The position numbers and the translations under genes were made by a program. Positions 55,288-64,000 of a stretch of 64,000 nt of DNA are shown in pieces. This DNA is from Chthoniobacterales bacterium (GTDB lineage: Bacteria; Verrucomicrobiota; Verrucomicrobiia; Chthoniobacterales; UBA6821), in NCBI GenBank assembly GCA_049314455.1, contig JBMOFC010000003.1, forward strand, positions 6,971 through 70,970, given 5' to 3'. The notes under the pieces are model-generated. The model saw only the letters and a list, made by a program, of their open reading frames with translations. It did not search any database and had not been told where the DNA came from. Position 1 is the first letter of the stretch. Every line of letters starts with the position of its first letter.

Positions 55288-55493
55288 AAAAAAAGTTGAC
55301 GTTAATAGTTAAAGTTGAAATCAATTCTCGCCTATATTCGTTCACTCAATGGGGGATCAATTTAAGAAAATCACACCAATAAATCGATTTCATGAGGTAA
55401 GTTGGGAGGTATCGGTTCGAAGCAACGGATAGAAAAGTAGAAAATTTCAATAGAAGAAAATTGAATTACTAGCATCATTTAACCTCCACTAGT

Positions 55494-55660
55494 CGTCATC
55501 CTCGTGAACACGAGGATCCAGCAGACAATCAAATTAAATCAGTATTTATTTTGGATTAGACCTCTAGTGAGAAATTTTTTTCTACTGAGGTAAAAGATTA
55601 GAAGCACCTGATAATCTCTTTTCATCTGTCTCCTGGGTCCCCGTGTTCGAGTGGATGACG
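55494..55660. repeat. Palindromic element D (~167 bp) bounded by inverted GTCATCC..hairpin modules
   Basis: The left end GTCATCCTCGTGAACACGAGGATCC (itself a hairpin) is matched by the right end GGGTCCCCGTGTTCGAGTGGATGAC. Confidence 0.6.
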
Positions 55661-55743
55661 GTTATAGGAAGTCGCTTTCTCAATAGACGTTTTCTTGCTG
55701 CTTCAACTTAAACTAAAAACTTCAACTCTTGTAAAGTTGTTAT

Positions 55744-56061
55744 CTATTGCAGCTTTGAAAGCAGCGCTGCCTTCGAAGCAAGACCTGTAGAACGATCAGC
55801 AAGTTGTCCATCACGGAAAATCATGAGTGTTGGAATTGCTGAAATACGATGTTCTGCAGCAATAGCAGGGCAATCATCTACATTCACCTTAGCTACCGTA
55901 ACTTTTCCAGCAAGTTCTTCAGCAATTTCATCGATGATAGGACCAATCATCTTGCAAGGGCCACACCAAGGAGCCCAGAAGTCGACAAGGAGTATTGGTG
56001 ATGATGCCACTGTTGGGTTAAACGATGTATCAGTAAGGTGGAGGACATGTTCAGAAGCCAT
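55744..56061 (-). CDS. trxA: thioredoxin
   Basis: WAPWCGPCKMI active site, about 105 aa from the ATG at 56061. The ORF-track start at 56100 is a TTG overlapping the upstream gene. Confidence 0.92.
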   Translation of the reverse strand: MASEHVLHLTDTSFNPTVASSPILLVDFWAPWCGPCKMIGPIIDEIAEELAGKVTVAKVNVDDCPAIAAEHRISAIPTLMIFRDGQLADRSTGLASKAALLSKLQ

Positions 56062-56086
56062 AGTAATGTTGTGTGATGGTGAGAAT

Positions 56087-56551
56087 TTATTTATTAACAA
56101 AAAAACGAAGCTGAGTTAATAAAGCAAAAAGAGCAATCAGGAAAAATAAAAATGCGAGAGGAAGCGTTATAAAAAACTTTTTTTGAGAAGTGTTTTCTTC
56201 TTTGAACTCTGTAGAACCCAATGGTATCTCGAGCGTTGAGGAAAGTTCAGAAGATGAGGAGGAGGGCATGCTCGAAGGATCTTGAGTTGAAGAGGAAGAA
56301 GAAGTTTTAGTAAGAAAATCTGCTGCTGGTGGCACAAGAGTGCTTGCTAAAATGGGTTTAGGAGGCAGGTTAAGCTTCACCGGGTTTTGTTGAACAACAG
56401 AAACAGCGACTTCTTGAGGAGTAGGTTCGGAGACCTCAGGAGCACGTTCAGAGACCTCAGGGGCTGACTTGGAAGCTTCTTGAGAAGTGGCGGGGGTATT
56501 TTTTTGAGAAGTTTCTAAAGGAATTTCTTCGAGAATGTTGGCAGGGTTCAT
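56087..56551 (-). CDS. hypothetical S/P/E-rich protein with C-terminal TM anchor
   Basis: 154 aa. Tandem APEVSE motif. Ser-rich tract. C-terminal hydrophobic segment (ITLPLAFLFFLIALFALL). The start lies 1 nt after the prc stop. Confidence 0.5.
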   Translation of the reverse strand: MNPANILEEIPLETSQKNTPATSQEASKSAPEVSERAPEVSEPTPQEVAVSVVQQNPVKLNLPPKPILASTLVPPAADFLTKTSSSSSTQDPSSMPSSSSSELSSTLEIPLGSTEFKEENTSQKKFFITLPLAFLFFLIALFALLTQLRFFVNK

Positions 56552-56552
56552 T

Positions 56553-58898
56553 TTATTTTTTTTCTATCGAGATTGAGAGACTTGCTGTGTGCGTGGTTTG
56601 GCGTAGATTTTTGAGATCTTGAACAATTGCGATAGCTTCACGCTTCACAGGATCAATAAAGCTGGGATCGTCGCTAGTATCACTATTTTCATCTTCTAAG
56701 TCGAGCTCACTATCAGGATTAACGGCTTTTTTTGATTTTATCGAATCAGTTTTAGCAATTTTTTTCTTTTTGGGAATCACTTTTGAAAGAATCGGATTAT
56801 CAACGGTATCTAGTGTGACGGCATATTCTACAAGAGGAGGTTCTTTGGCAAGAGTGCGCTCTGCTTTGTGTTGAACCGTACGTTTTTTTTCATCAGCGAG
56901 TTCTTTTTTGCGAATCTCTTCATTCAATGAAAGAGAATTGTTTTTTATCTTTTCCATGAGGATTTTTCTTCTTTCTTCAAGATAACGGAATTCAAGATCC
57001 TTTTCGACGCGTGCTTGAGAATGTTGTTTTAACATGTCGATAAAAAGATCACTTTGAGGAAATTGATGGAAGGGTTGAGGATCGACCTCATCGTAGATGA
57101 GGGGATTTGGGAGCATTCCTTCGCCAATATCGCTTGTATCTGTAAGTGAGGGAAGGACGATGTCAGAAAGGACTCCTTTGTGCTGCGTTGAACCGCCAGA
57201 GACGCGATAGAACTTTTGAATGGTTAATTTTAAGGATCCTGCTTCTTGTGATCCTTGAAAAAGAGGCATGAATTTTCCAACATCCAACACGGTCTGCACC
57301 GTTCCTTTTCCAAAGGTGCGTTGATCTCCGACGATCACAGCTCGATGGTAATCTTGGAGTGCTCCCGCAAAGATTTCGCTAGCAGAGGCGCTTAATGTGT
57401 TGGTGAGCACAATAACGGGGCCATCATAGAAGGGAGCTGGCTCATGGTTAAAGGAAATGGTGATATTTCCATTGGAATCTTTAGCTTGAACAACCGGACC
57501 TGCTCCAATGAAGAGGCCGGTCAGATTGATCGCCTCTTCCAAAGAACCACCACCATTGCGGCGCAAATCAATAACCAGTCCTTGAATGTTCTCCTTTTTA
57601 AGGCGCGCAAGGAGGCGACGAACATCTTTTGTCGTGCTCTTTGCATCGGGCGCTCCATGTCGATCCATTTCGGAATAAAACGCAGGAATCGTGAGCCATC
57701 CAAATTTCTCCTCCTTTTGATCAGCATTTGGAATAGTAATGAGCTCCGCTTTCACCTCGGATTCTTTTAATTTCACCTCATCACGGGTAATCTCAATAAT
57801 GACACGCTTCGAGGGGTCTGTAGCATCTGCTGGAATGACTTGCAAGCGCACTTGAGATCCCTTTTTCCCACGCACTTTTTCCACAACCTTATCAAGTCTA
57901 AGATCGATGACATCTTCAAATGGTCCAGATCCTTGTGCCACAGCAGTAATACGATCATTTTCCTTCAGTCTTCCATCGCGATCAGCAGGACCTCCAGGAA
58001 CGACTTCTACAATGCGCGTGTAGCCATCATCTGAACGCAATACCGCACCAATGCCAATTAACGAGAGGCGCATCTGAATATTGAAATTTTCCATATCAGA
58101 GGGGCTCATATATTCCGAATGAGGGTCATAGCTTTCAGAGAGAGCTATTAAAAATGCGCGTGCAACATCTTCATCTTTCTGTTCATGGAGTGTCTTGAGC
58201 ATTTGATCATAACGATGTGTGATGATTTTCGTAGGAGAATCCGTAGAATTTTTATTAAGCTTCTCTTGTAGTAATTCAGCCTCAATACGGTCGTCCCAAA
58301 GCTGGTCAGCAGCTGCACCATCACGAGGCCACTCAGCTTTTTGACGATTTACTTCAATTGTATGGTTGCTTGAAAAATCATGCTTAGCCGCTACAAGGAT
58401 TTTATTCTTGGCAACACGTTCTTCAACACGCTGTCGGAATCGGTCGTAGATTATTTTGGCATCTGTTAAATCACCTCGCAATAGGTCTGCACTAATCGTT
58501 GGTTCGTACTTTTGCTCAAATTCACTAATATCAGCCTGTGTGAAGTAAAGATGGTTGTAATCTAAAAATTGAAGGTAATTTTTCAATACCCGCTGAGGCA
58601 TGTTGAGAGCTGGTGTTGCTGGATCATGAGGTGGATTAGGATCATTCAGCGGAAGGCGCAAAAAATGTCCTTGTTCTAAAATACGTCCAACCGTTGCTGC
58701 AACAGGACCCATTTCTGAAAGCGAAAGTGGAGAGGGGGTCGGCGTTACGGAGGGAAGAGGAAATGCAACTGGAGAGGTATCACTTTTAGGAGACGGCTCG
58801 CCCCAAGAAAGCGAGGGAGCAAAGAAAATTCCTAGTATAAAAAGAGAGGAAAAAATTTGTTGTTGAATTTTTTTTAAAAAAGAAGATCGATAACGCAT
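56553..58898 (-). CDS. prc: tail-specific (C-terminal processing) protease
   Basis: Signal peptide, PDZ region (IGIGAVL..GYTRIVEVVPGGPA), S41 catalytic region (VLTNTLSASASEIFAGALQDY; KGTVQ), long C-terminal extension. Confidence 0.9.
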   Translation of the reverse strand: MRYRSSFLKKIQQQIFSSLFILGIFFAPSLSWGEPSPKSDTSPVAFPLPSVTPTPSPLSLSEMGPVAATVGRILEQGHFLRLPLNDPNPPHDPATPALNMPQRVLKNYLQFLDYNHLYFTQADISEFEQKYEPTISADLLRGDLTDAKIIYDRFRQRVEERVAKNKILVAAKHDFSSNHTIEVNRQKAEWPRDGAAADQLWDDRIEAELLQEKLNKNSTDSPTKIITHRYDQMLKTLHEQKDEDVARAFLIALSESYDPHSEYMSPSDMENFNIQMRLSLIGIGAVLRSDDGYTRIVEVVPGGPADRDGRLKENDRITAVAQGSGPFEDVIDLRLDKVVEKVRGKKGSQVRLQVIPADATDPSKRVIIEITRDEVKLKESEVKAELITIPNADQKEEKFGWLTIPAFYSEMDRHGAPDAKSTTKDVRRLLARLKKENIQGLVIDLRRNGGGSLEEAINLTGLFIGAGPVVQAKDSNGNITISFNHEPAPFYDGPVIVLTNTLSASASEIFAGALQDYHRAVIVGDQRTFGKGTVQTVLDVGKFMPLFQGSQEAGSLKLTIQKFYRVSGGSTQHKGVLSDIVLPSLTDTSDIGEGMLPNPLIYDEVDPQPFHQFPQSDLFIDMLKQHSQARVEKDLEFRYLEERRKILMEKIKNNSLSLNEEIRKKELADEKKRTVQHKAERTLAKEPPLVEYAVTLDTVDNPILSKVIPKKKKIAKTDSIKSKKAVNPDSELDLEDENSDTSDDPSFIDPVKREAIAIVQDLKNLRQTTHTASLSISIEKK

Positions 58899-58972
58899 GG
58901 GGTTTAACCTTAAAATGAAAATTCCGTGAAAGGAATCTTGCAGAGGTTCACAAGAAAAGCAAATCTCGTCTG

Positions 58973-59611
58973 ATGAAAAATGAAACTCTTTCTAACCGTG
59001 CTAACCATATTACTTCCTTCACTGGGGGGCCGGTTGAAACAAACTCCTACCTAGTAGCACTGCCCGAGGGAAACCTTCTTATTGATGCTCCAGAAGGGGC
59101 TGCTGCTTATTTTAAGGAACACTCTATTGACTTGCTTTTGCTCACGCATGGACATTTTGACCATGTCATGGATGCTGCAAAAATTGCTCGCCAACATGGT
59201 TGTCCTGTAGTGATGCATCAAACAACCGAAGAAATTATTGCCGATACGGGGCTGCTACGACGGTATGGTCTCGATTTTGAAGTGGAGCCTGTTAAAGTTT
59301 CACAGTATCTTGTGGAAGTGCCCAGCCAACTATTACTGGGACATTCTTTTACTATTCTTGAAGTTCCAGGACACTGCCCTGGGAGCATTTGCCTCTATGA
59401 TCCTACCGCCGGCTTACTTTACGGAGGTGATGTCTTATTTGCAGGAGGTGTTGGACGTTGGGATTTGCCAGGAGGAGGTCGAGAATTGCTCTTAGATGGA
59501 ATTCGAAAAAAATTACTCCCATTACCGCAAGAGACACGCGTACTCTCAGGTCATGGCCCTGAAACGACCATCGGTGCAGAGGCACGTTCCAATCCATATT
59601 TGCAGTTATAG
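58973..59611 (+). CDS. MBL-fold metallo-hydrolase (glyoxalase II-like)
   Basis: THGHFDH motif, a downstream PGHCPGS, and a GD..F..G.GR region. Confidence 0.85.
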   Translation: MKNETLSNRANHITSFTGGPVETNSYLVALPEGNLLIDAPEGAAAYFKEHSIDLLLLTHGHFDHVMDAAKIARQHGCPVVMHQTTEEIIADTGLLRRYGLDFEVEPVKVSQYLVEVPSQLLLGHSFTILEVPGHCPGSICLYDPTAGLLYGGDVLFAGGVGRWDLPGGGRELLLDGIRKKLLPLPQETRVLSGHGPETTIGAEARSNPYLQL

Positions 59612-59720
59612 TCAAATTTTAGAAAGAGCAACGCCGAAGACCAAGTTGCTATCCAAAGATAACGCGACGGAACGAGAACAAAGCTATTTCCTAAAAAGAA
59701 CAAAGTATGCTTTAGCCCTA
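59607..59720. repeat. Family A internally deleted variant (~114 bp), same orientation as A1
   Basis: Starts with TATAGTC. Contains CGCCGAAGACCAAGTTGCTATCCAAAGATAACGCGACGGAACGAGAAC, which aligns to the A core GGCCGAAGAGCGAGAGCTATCTTAAGATAACGTGAGTGATGAGAACG. The right boundary is approximate. Confidence 0.55.
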
Positions 59721-60482
59721 CCTTAACATACATCCAACAAAGGTATCTATAAACCTCTATTCATATTCTGTAGCACTAGTGAACGAAGAGATGCCAAAGT
59801 AAATACGACTTTAATTATTCATGACATATATTATCTTAAGTTATTAGAGTCCGGCCGAATTATTAGAATGAAGTCCAGTATACGCTCCTTACCTTCTTAT
59901 TTAATAGATTGTAGAATGAATTAAAAATTCAGTGCTGGCAAAATTTTCCAGAAAAAATCTGACATGCCATAACACAATCAGCTACGAACTGTAGCAATAA
60001 AATCAAGACTCAAATTATTAATAGAACTCACTGAATCTAAGAAAAATTTTACTTTATCTTTGGGGACATAGTAAATTCCAAAAATTCCGGAAGAAGATCC
60101 TATTATGGTGTCCATTTTTTGTATCGTAATCGTAAGCATGCGATCCGGAGACATAAAAAACAGCTCCTGACTCATCTTTAATTTGATTAGTTATTTTTTT
60201 CTTAGTCCTTCAGTAATATTTCGCCCTAATGTCTTGAGAGTTTTGTAGATAACTTGTATCGGTTTGGTTTTATCTGCTTCCGTACTAAAAACAGAACTAG
60301 CATAATTCTACTTGAGCTAGTTTGCAGGTTTTTTTCATCTCAGCTCCTCCATTCACTGAGTCTAATTTCTGATTTCCTTGTTTCTTATTTGGACCCTAAG
60401 AAAATAAGCCTGACATATAATTTCTTATCGTATTTACATTGAATCCGTTCATGGTTTTTTAATATTTTGAAGATCACAATAG

Positions 60483-61034
60483 CTAGCCTCGCTCATTATT
60501 CTCAATTTCTCTCCACATTCCAGCAGAAAGACTCCCAAGCTGGAATTCTCCAATGCTCACCCGCAGTAAGCGCAAGGTAGGATGACCAATGGCGGCGGTC
60601 ATATGACGAACCTGGCGATTTTTTCCTTCGATGAGTTCTAAGGCAATCCAGCAATCAGGAACTGTTTTTCTAATACGAATGGGTGGATCACGTGGTGGAA
60701 GAGTCGGTTGTGGGTCAAGCAACCAAGCCTTTGCAGGACGGGTGTGATAATTTTGAATCCAGAGTCCCTCTTCTAATTTTTGTAACGAGCTTGTCGAGGG
60801 TATCCCCTCCACTTGGGCCCAATAAGTACGACGATGCGCGTTTTTGGGATCTAGAAGTTTTGAATTAAGCCCAGGTTCATCGCTGAGCAGAATCAATCCT
60901 TCCGAGTCTGCATCAAGGCGTCCTATTGGATAAACTCCTGCTGGAAATCCAAAATTTGCTAAGGTACCATGGGAGGAACCATCAGGGGTGAATTGAGAGA
61001 GGCAGCCGTACGGTTTGTGAAACGCAAGTAGCAT
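60483..61034 (-). CDS. rluE: RsuA/RluE-family pseudouridine synthase lacking the S4 domain
   Basis: Catalytic motif GRLDADSEGLILLSDE, RRTYWAQVEG, GKNRQVRHM. Confidence 0.85.
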   Translation of the reverse strand: MLLAFHKPYGCLSQFTPDGSSHGTLANFGFPAGVYPIGRLDADSEGLILLSDEPGLNSKLLDPKNAHRRTYWAQVEGIPSTSSLQKLEEGLWIQNYHTRPAKAWLLDPQPTLPPRDPPIRIRKTVPDCWIALELIEGKNRQVRHMTAAIGHPTLRLLRVSIGEFQLGSLSAGMWREIENNERG

Positions 61035-61072
61035 TCTGCTATTTCCTCTTAGCTTGTTGCCTCTCGCAAGCC

Positions 61073-61522
61073 TTATCGTGAATTAAAATTGGCAATAGCC
61101 GTATCATCGAGTCTCCACATAGCCCCGGTCAATGGATCAACGATCAACATGCCAGCGATAATTCCCCAAGAAATAAGGTTGCCAAAATACCAACCGTTGA
61201 TACTCGCTTCTAGTGGGATGCTCTGAGTAATGCCGTTGTGTGTGAAGTCGATAATATATTTTGCTGGCTGAAAATAACCAAAGGAGGAACGAAGTTTTAC
61301 CGTGTTGGGAGTGATTCCTTGGGAGACAAACATTCCATTGCTTTTCTTGATGGTATAGAGTGCTCCAGAAGGATTGCTGGAAATAGTAACCGGATATTGT
61401 GTTTTGCTTACAATGCTCGCGCACGAGATAAAGCCCAAGCAGGTGCAGGAAAGAGCGAAGCGGACAAAGGGTGCCCTCATTCTGGAGAGTAGAGAAGGTG
61501 ATTTTAGCATGGGTCTGTTCAT
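61073..61522 (-). CDS. hypothetical lipoprotein
   Basis: Lipobox-like GFISC after a hydrophobic segment, plus a C-terminal hydrophobic segment. No recognised domain. Confidence 0.55.
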   Translation of the reverse strand: MNRPMLKSPSLLSRMRAPFVRFALSCTCLGFISCASIVSKTQYPVTISSNPSGALYTIKKSNGMFVSQGITPNTVKLRSSFGYFQPAKYIIDFTHNGITQSIPLEASINGWYFGNLISWGIIAGMLIVDPLTGAMWRLDDTAIANFNSR

Positions 61523-61660
61523 AAAAAAGAGAAATTAGTGTACCATGTTTGGGACAAAGCCAGCATCTATTCGTTCAATTTATTCTTGTGAATGAATTAC
61601 TGAGCTTGGAGGTTGACATTTTCCCCCAATGCATTGATAGTGTCGCCCCTTTTAATTTTT

Positions 61661-63499
61661 ATGGAATCAACTTTAGAATCAATTCGCAACATCGCCATCA
61701 TCGCTCACGTGGATCATGGCAAAACCACGCTGGTCGACCAGCTCCTCAAGCAAGCGGGAACATTCCGCGCCAATGAGGCTAAGGCTTCTGAGGAACGGAT
61801 CATGGATTCCATGGATCTAGAGCGTGAAAAAGGAATTACGATCAAGGCCAAGAATGCAGCGTTTCATTGGAAAGAATATCATGTTAATATCGTCGACACT
61901 CCGGGTCATGCTGACTTTGGTGGCGAAGTAGAGCGTATCATGAAGATGGTGGATGGTGTGCTTCTAGTGGTCGATGCACATGATGGTCCTCAAGCGCAGA
62001 CTAAGTTTGTTTTGAAGAAGGCTCTTGAAAATGGCGCCAAGCCGATCGTCGTGATCAACAAAATCGATCGTGATAACGCTCGACCTCATAAGGTGCTTGA
62101 TATGGTTTTTGAACTCTTTTTGGAGCTTGGAGCCAACGATCAACAACTTGACTTCCCAGTTGTCTATGCCAGTGCTAAGCAAGGCTACGCCAAGCAGGAG
62201 GTCGATCAGGAGAGTAGCACAATGGAGCCACTCTATGAATCCATCATCAAACATATCCCCTGCCCTAAGAAAGCCGATGTTTCCTACTTCCAGATGCTCG
62301 TTTCTAATTTGGATTGGAGCGACTACCTCGGACGTATCGCCTACGGCCGTATCATCAGCGGCAAAGTCAAAGTGGGTGATCAGATTGTTTGCATTCACAA
62401 AGATGGGAAGGCAGAAAAGAAAAATGTGACCGCCATTTTTGGACATCAAGGCCTCGCTAAAATCGAACTTAAAGAAGCCTCCGAAGGGGATATTATTGGC
62501 CTTGCAGGCTTTGAAGATGTCTTTATTGGGGAAACCTTGACCGATAGTGATGAGCGTCCAGCATTGACCTTTATTGACATTGATCCTCCAACGATCACGA
62601 TGAAGATTTGTATCAACGACGGCCCTCTTGCTGGAAAAGAAGGGAAGCTGGTCACTGCACGCCAGATCAGCGAACGACTCATTCGTGAAACACGGACCAA
62701 TGTTTCGATCGAGGTCAAAGACACGGATACTGCCGGACATTTTCAGATCAAAGCCCGTGGAGAAATGCAAATCGCAGTCATCGTGGAGCAGATGCGTCGT
62801 GAAGGCTTTGAACTTCTGGTTTCGCGGCCTGAGGTTATTTTCAAGCGTGATGCTGAGGGAAATCTCATTGAACCGCTCGAAAGCGTCTACATCGATGTTC
62901 CCAAGGATAATCTGGGTGATATTTTACAAAGCCTCGCAGGTCGTAAAGCTGATATCATCTCGATGGACCATCAAGCTCATAGCGTCACCGTTGAGGCTGT
63001 TGTGCCAACACGTGGGTTGATTGGTTTTGAAACCGATCTCGTCAATGCGACCAAAGGTCACGGCATCATGTCCCATCTTTTCAAGGAATATGCTCCCTAC
63101 AAAGGCGAGATACCCACACGTAACAACGGTGTCCTTATTTCCATGGAAAATGGAACCAGCATGGCCTATGCCCTTGATACGATTCAAGAGCGTGGTCGTC
63201 TCTTCATTGGACCCCAGGAAGAAGTCTACGTCGGCATGGTGATTGGTGAAAATGCTCGTCCTGATGACATGCCGGTCAATCCCTGCAAGGCTAAGAAACT
63301 TTCTAACATGCGTAGTACGGGAGACGGAAAAGGAATTTCTTTGACCCCTCCCCTTAAGATGACACTTGAGCGTTCCCTTGAATATATCGCCAATGATGAA
63401 TATGTCGAAGTGACCCCTCTGAGCCTTCGTCTTCGCAAGAAAATCTTGGATGCCACCGCACGCAAGCGGATGAGTGCAACTCCGGTTGTTGCCGAGTAA
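61661..63499 (+). CDS. typA: translational GTPase TypA/BipA
   Basis: IRNIAIIAHVDHGKTTLVD, DTPGHADF, NKID, EF-G-like domains. The ATG at 61661 gives the canonical N-terminus; the ORF-track start at 61613 is a TTG. Confidence 0.93.
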   Translation: MESTLESIRNIAIIAHVDHGKTTLVDQLLKQAGTFRANEAKASEERIMDSMDLEREKGITIKAKNAAFHWKEYHVNIVDTPGHADFGGEVERIMKMVDGVLLVVDAHDGPQAQTKFVLKKALENGAKPIVVINKIDRDNARPHKVLDMVFELFLELGANDQQLDFPVVYASAKQGYAKQEVDQESSTMEPLYESIIKHIPCPKKADVSYFQMLVSNLDWSDYLGRIAYGRIISGKVKVGDQIVCIHKDGKAEKKNVTAIFGHQGLAKIELKEASEGDIIGLAGFEDVFIGETLTDSDERPALTFIDIDPPTITMKICINDGPLAGKEGKLVTARQISERLIRETRTNVSIEVKDTDTAGHFQIKARGEMQIAVIVEQMRREGFELLVSRPEVIFKRDAEGNLIEPLESVYIDVPKDNLGDILQSLAGRKADIISMDHQAHSVTVEAVVPTRGLIGFETDLVNATKGHGIMSHLFKEYAPYKGEIPTRNNGVLISMENGTSMAYALDTIQERGRLFIGPQEEVYVGMVIGENARPDDMPVNPCKAKKLSNMRSTGDGKGISLTPPLKMTLERSLEYIANDEYVEVTPLSLRLRKKILDATARKRMSATPVVAE

Positions 63500-63574
63500 T
63501 GGTGTTTTTTTAATAGAAACAATATCTTTCAGAGACACTCAATCTAGTTGACCCCAAAAACAATAACCCCAAAA

Positions 63575-64000
63575 ATGAAACTTCAAAAATTCGTTCCTTG
63601 TTGCTTAGGCCTTCTTCTCTTATCAACGAACCTCTTAGCAAAATCAGATAACATCAGCTCTGCTATCCAAGAACACTTACAAGTCGAAAAAATAGTCATA
63701 AAACTCGAATGTAAAAACGAGGGAAATCTCATGCTTAATTCTGACTTTAAGGTTACAACGGAAACAATAAATCTTCGAGTTGGCCAAAAGATGTATCTTC
63801 TTGTTGATTTTAACAGTGATATGGGTAGTGGTAGAACTTGCAATTTTAATAAAATTACTTGGGATCAAGATAGCAGCTTAAAGAATAATCCTACATTGAG
63901 CTATGAGTATGATAAGCTCGGGTGGAATTTTTGGAGTAGCCCAGGGCCCATCATTTTTGAGGCAAAAAATTCAGGAAAAATTAATGTTCCATATCAAGTA
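63575..64000 (+). CDS. hypothetical secreted protein, 3' end beyond window
   Basis: From the ATG at 63575 there are 142 codons without a stop up to the window edge. Signal-peptide-like N-terminus (MKLQKFVPCCLGLLLLSTNLLA). Absent from the ORF track because it is open-ended. Confidence 0.6.
   Translation, partial: MKLQKFVPCCLGLLLLSTNLLAKSDNISSAIQEHLQVEKIVIKLECKNEGNLMLNSDFKVTTETINLRVGQKMYLLVDFNSDMGSGRTCNFNKITWDQDSSLKNNPTLSYEYDKLGWNFWSSPGPIIFEAKNSGKINVPYQV

Noticed and set aside
4726-59720. Interspersed repeats (families A, B, C) as a CRISPR array or CRISPR remnants
   Set aside because: The copies are 110-270 bp long, kilobases apart, in both orientations and internally palindromic. There are no short, regularly spaced direct repeats and no cas genes.
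59978-60175. 65-aa minus-strand ORF as a confident gene
   Set aside because: It has no Shine-Dalgarno sequence, no recognisable motif, and sits in an AT-rich stretch where ORFs of this length arise by chance. It is kept only as part of a low-confidence finding.
61964-63538. Long antisense ORFs inside typA (61964..62770, 268 aa; 62924..63538, 204 aa; 63226..63522, 98 aa)
   Set aside because: They lie entirely opposite a very well supported GTPase gene, and their sequences are low-information with no motifs. These are typical shadow ORFs. The same reasoning applies to the antisense or out-of-frame ORFs inside sucA, sucB, ftsK, the FtsX permease, prc and others.

Overview
Gene-dense chromosomal window with about 60 CDS and one tRNA. 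I found no rRNA, CRISPR array, prophage, integrase or transposase. The host looks like an AT-leaning diderm bacterium (Kdo transferase WaaA, AsmA-like protein, LolD/FtsX-type ABC system, Prc protease); I cannot assign taxonomy from sequence alone. The backbone is ordinary housekeeping: sucA-sucB-coaB-ribE; ptsN-like plus an orphan Opp/Dpp-type ATPase; nadK; tlyA; liv (branched-chain amino-acid ABC) genes; an Att-like ABC exporter; ECF sigma with a putative anti-sigma; rsmD; waaA; ppk2; mtnN; glgC divergent from glmS-hemB; rimO; ftsK; ubiE; tRNA-Leu(CAG); a SurA-like PPIase; ygfZ; cyclophilin; a photolyase/cryptochrome; aguA; trxA; prc; rluE; typA. I see no canonical defence or mobile 'system'. 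Four things stand out. (1) Almost every intergenic gap longer than about 150 bp holds structured, palindromic, MITE-like repeats. There are at least three multi-copy families (A, B, C) plus single palindromic elements (D, E). Support comes from compensatory arm changes in families A and B, and 8-bp flanking direct repeats in family B. No cognate transposase lies in the window. (2) There are five orphan genes for polar, disordered-N-terminus proteins with no signal peptide. One carries a near-perfect 147-bp in-frame tandem duplication. Another is split exactly at an A7 tract that forms an A_AAA_AAC slippery heptamer. (3) The liv transporter is a mosaic: livK-livH, then an MHS-family MFS gene joined by an ATGA overlap, then an orphan gene, then livM-livG, with livF about 9 kb away. 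(4) A candidate structured ncRNA with mutually exclusive pairings lies downstream of ftsK. Many ORF-track N-termini begin at TTG/GTG codons that overlap the upstream gene; where a homology-consistent ATG exists I used it. All functional calls come from motif recognition by eye, not database searches.
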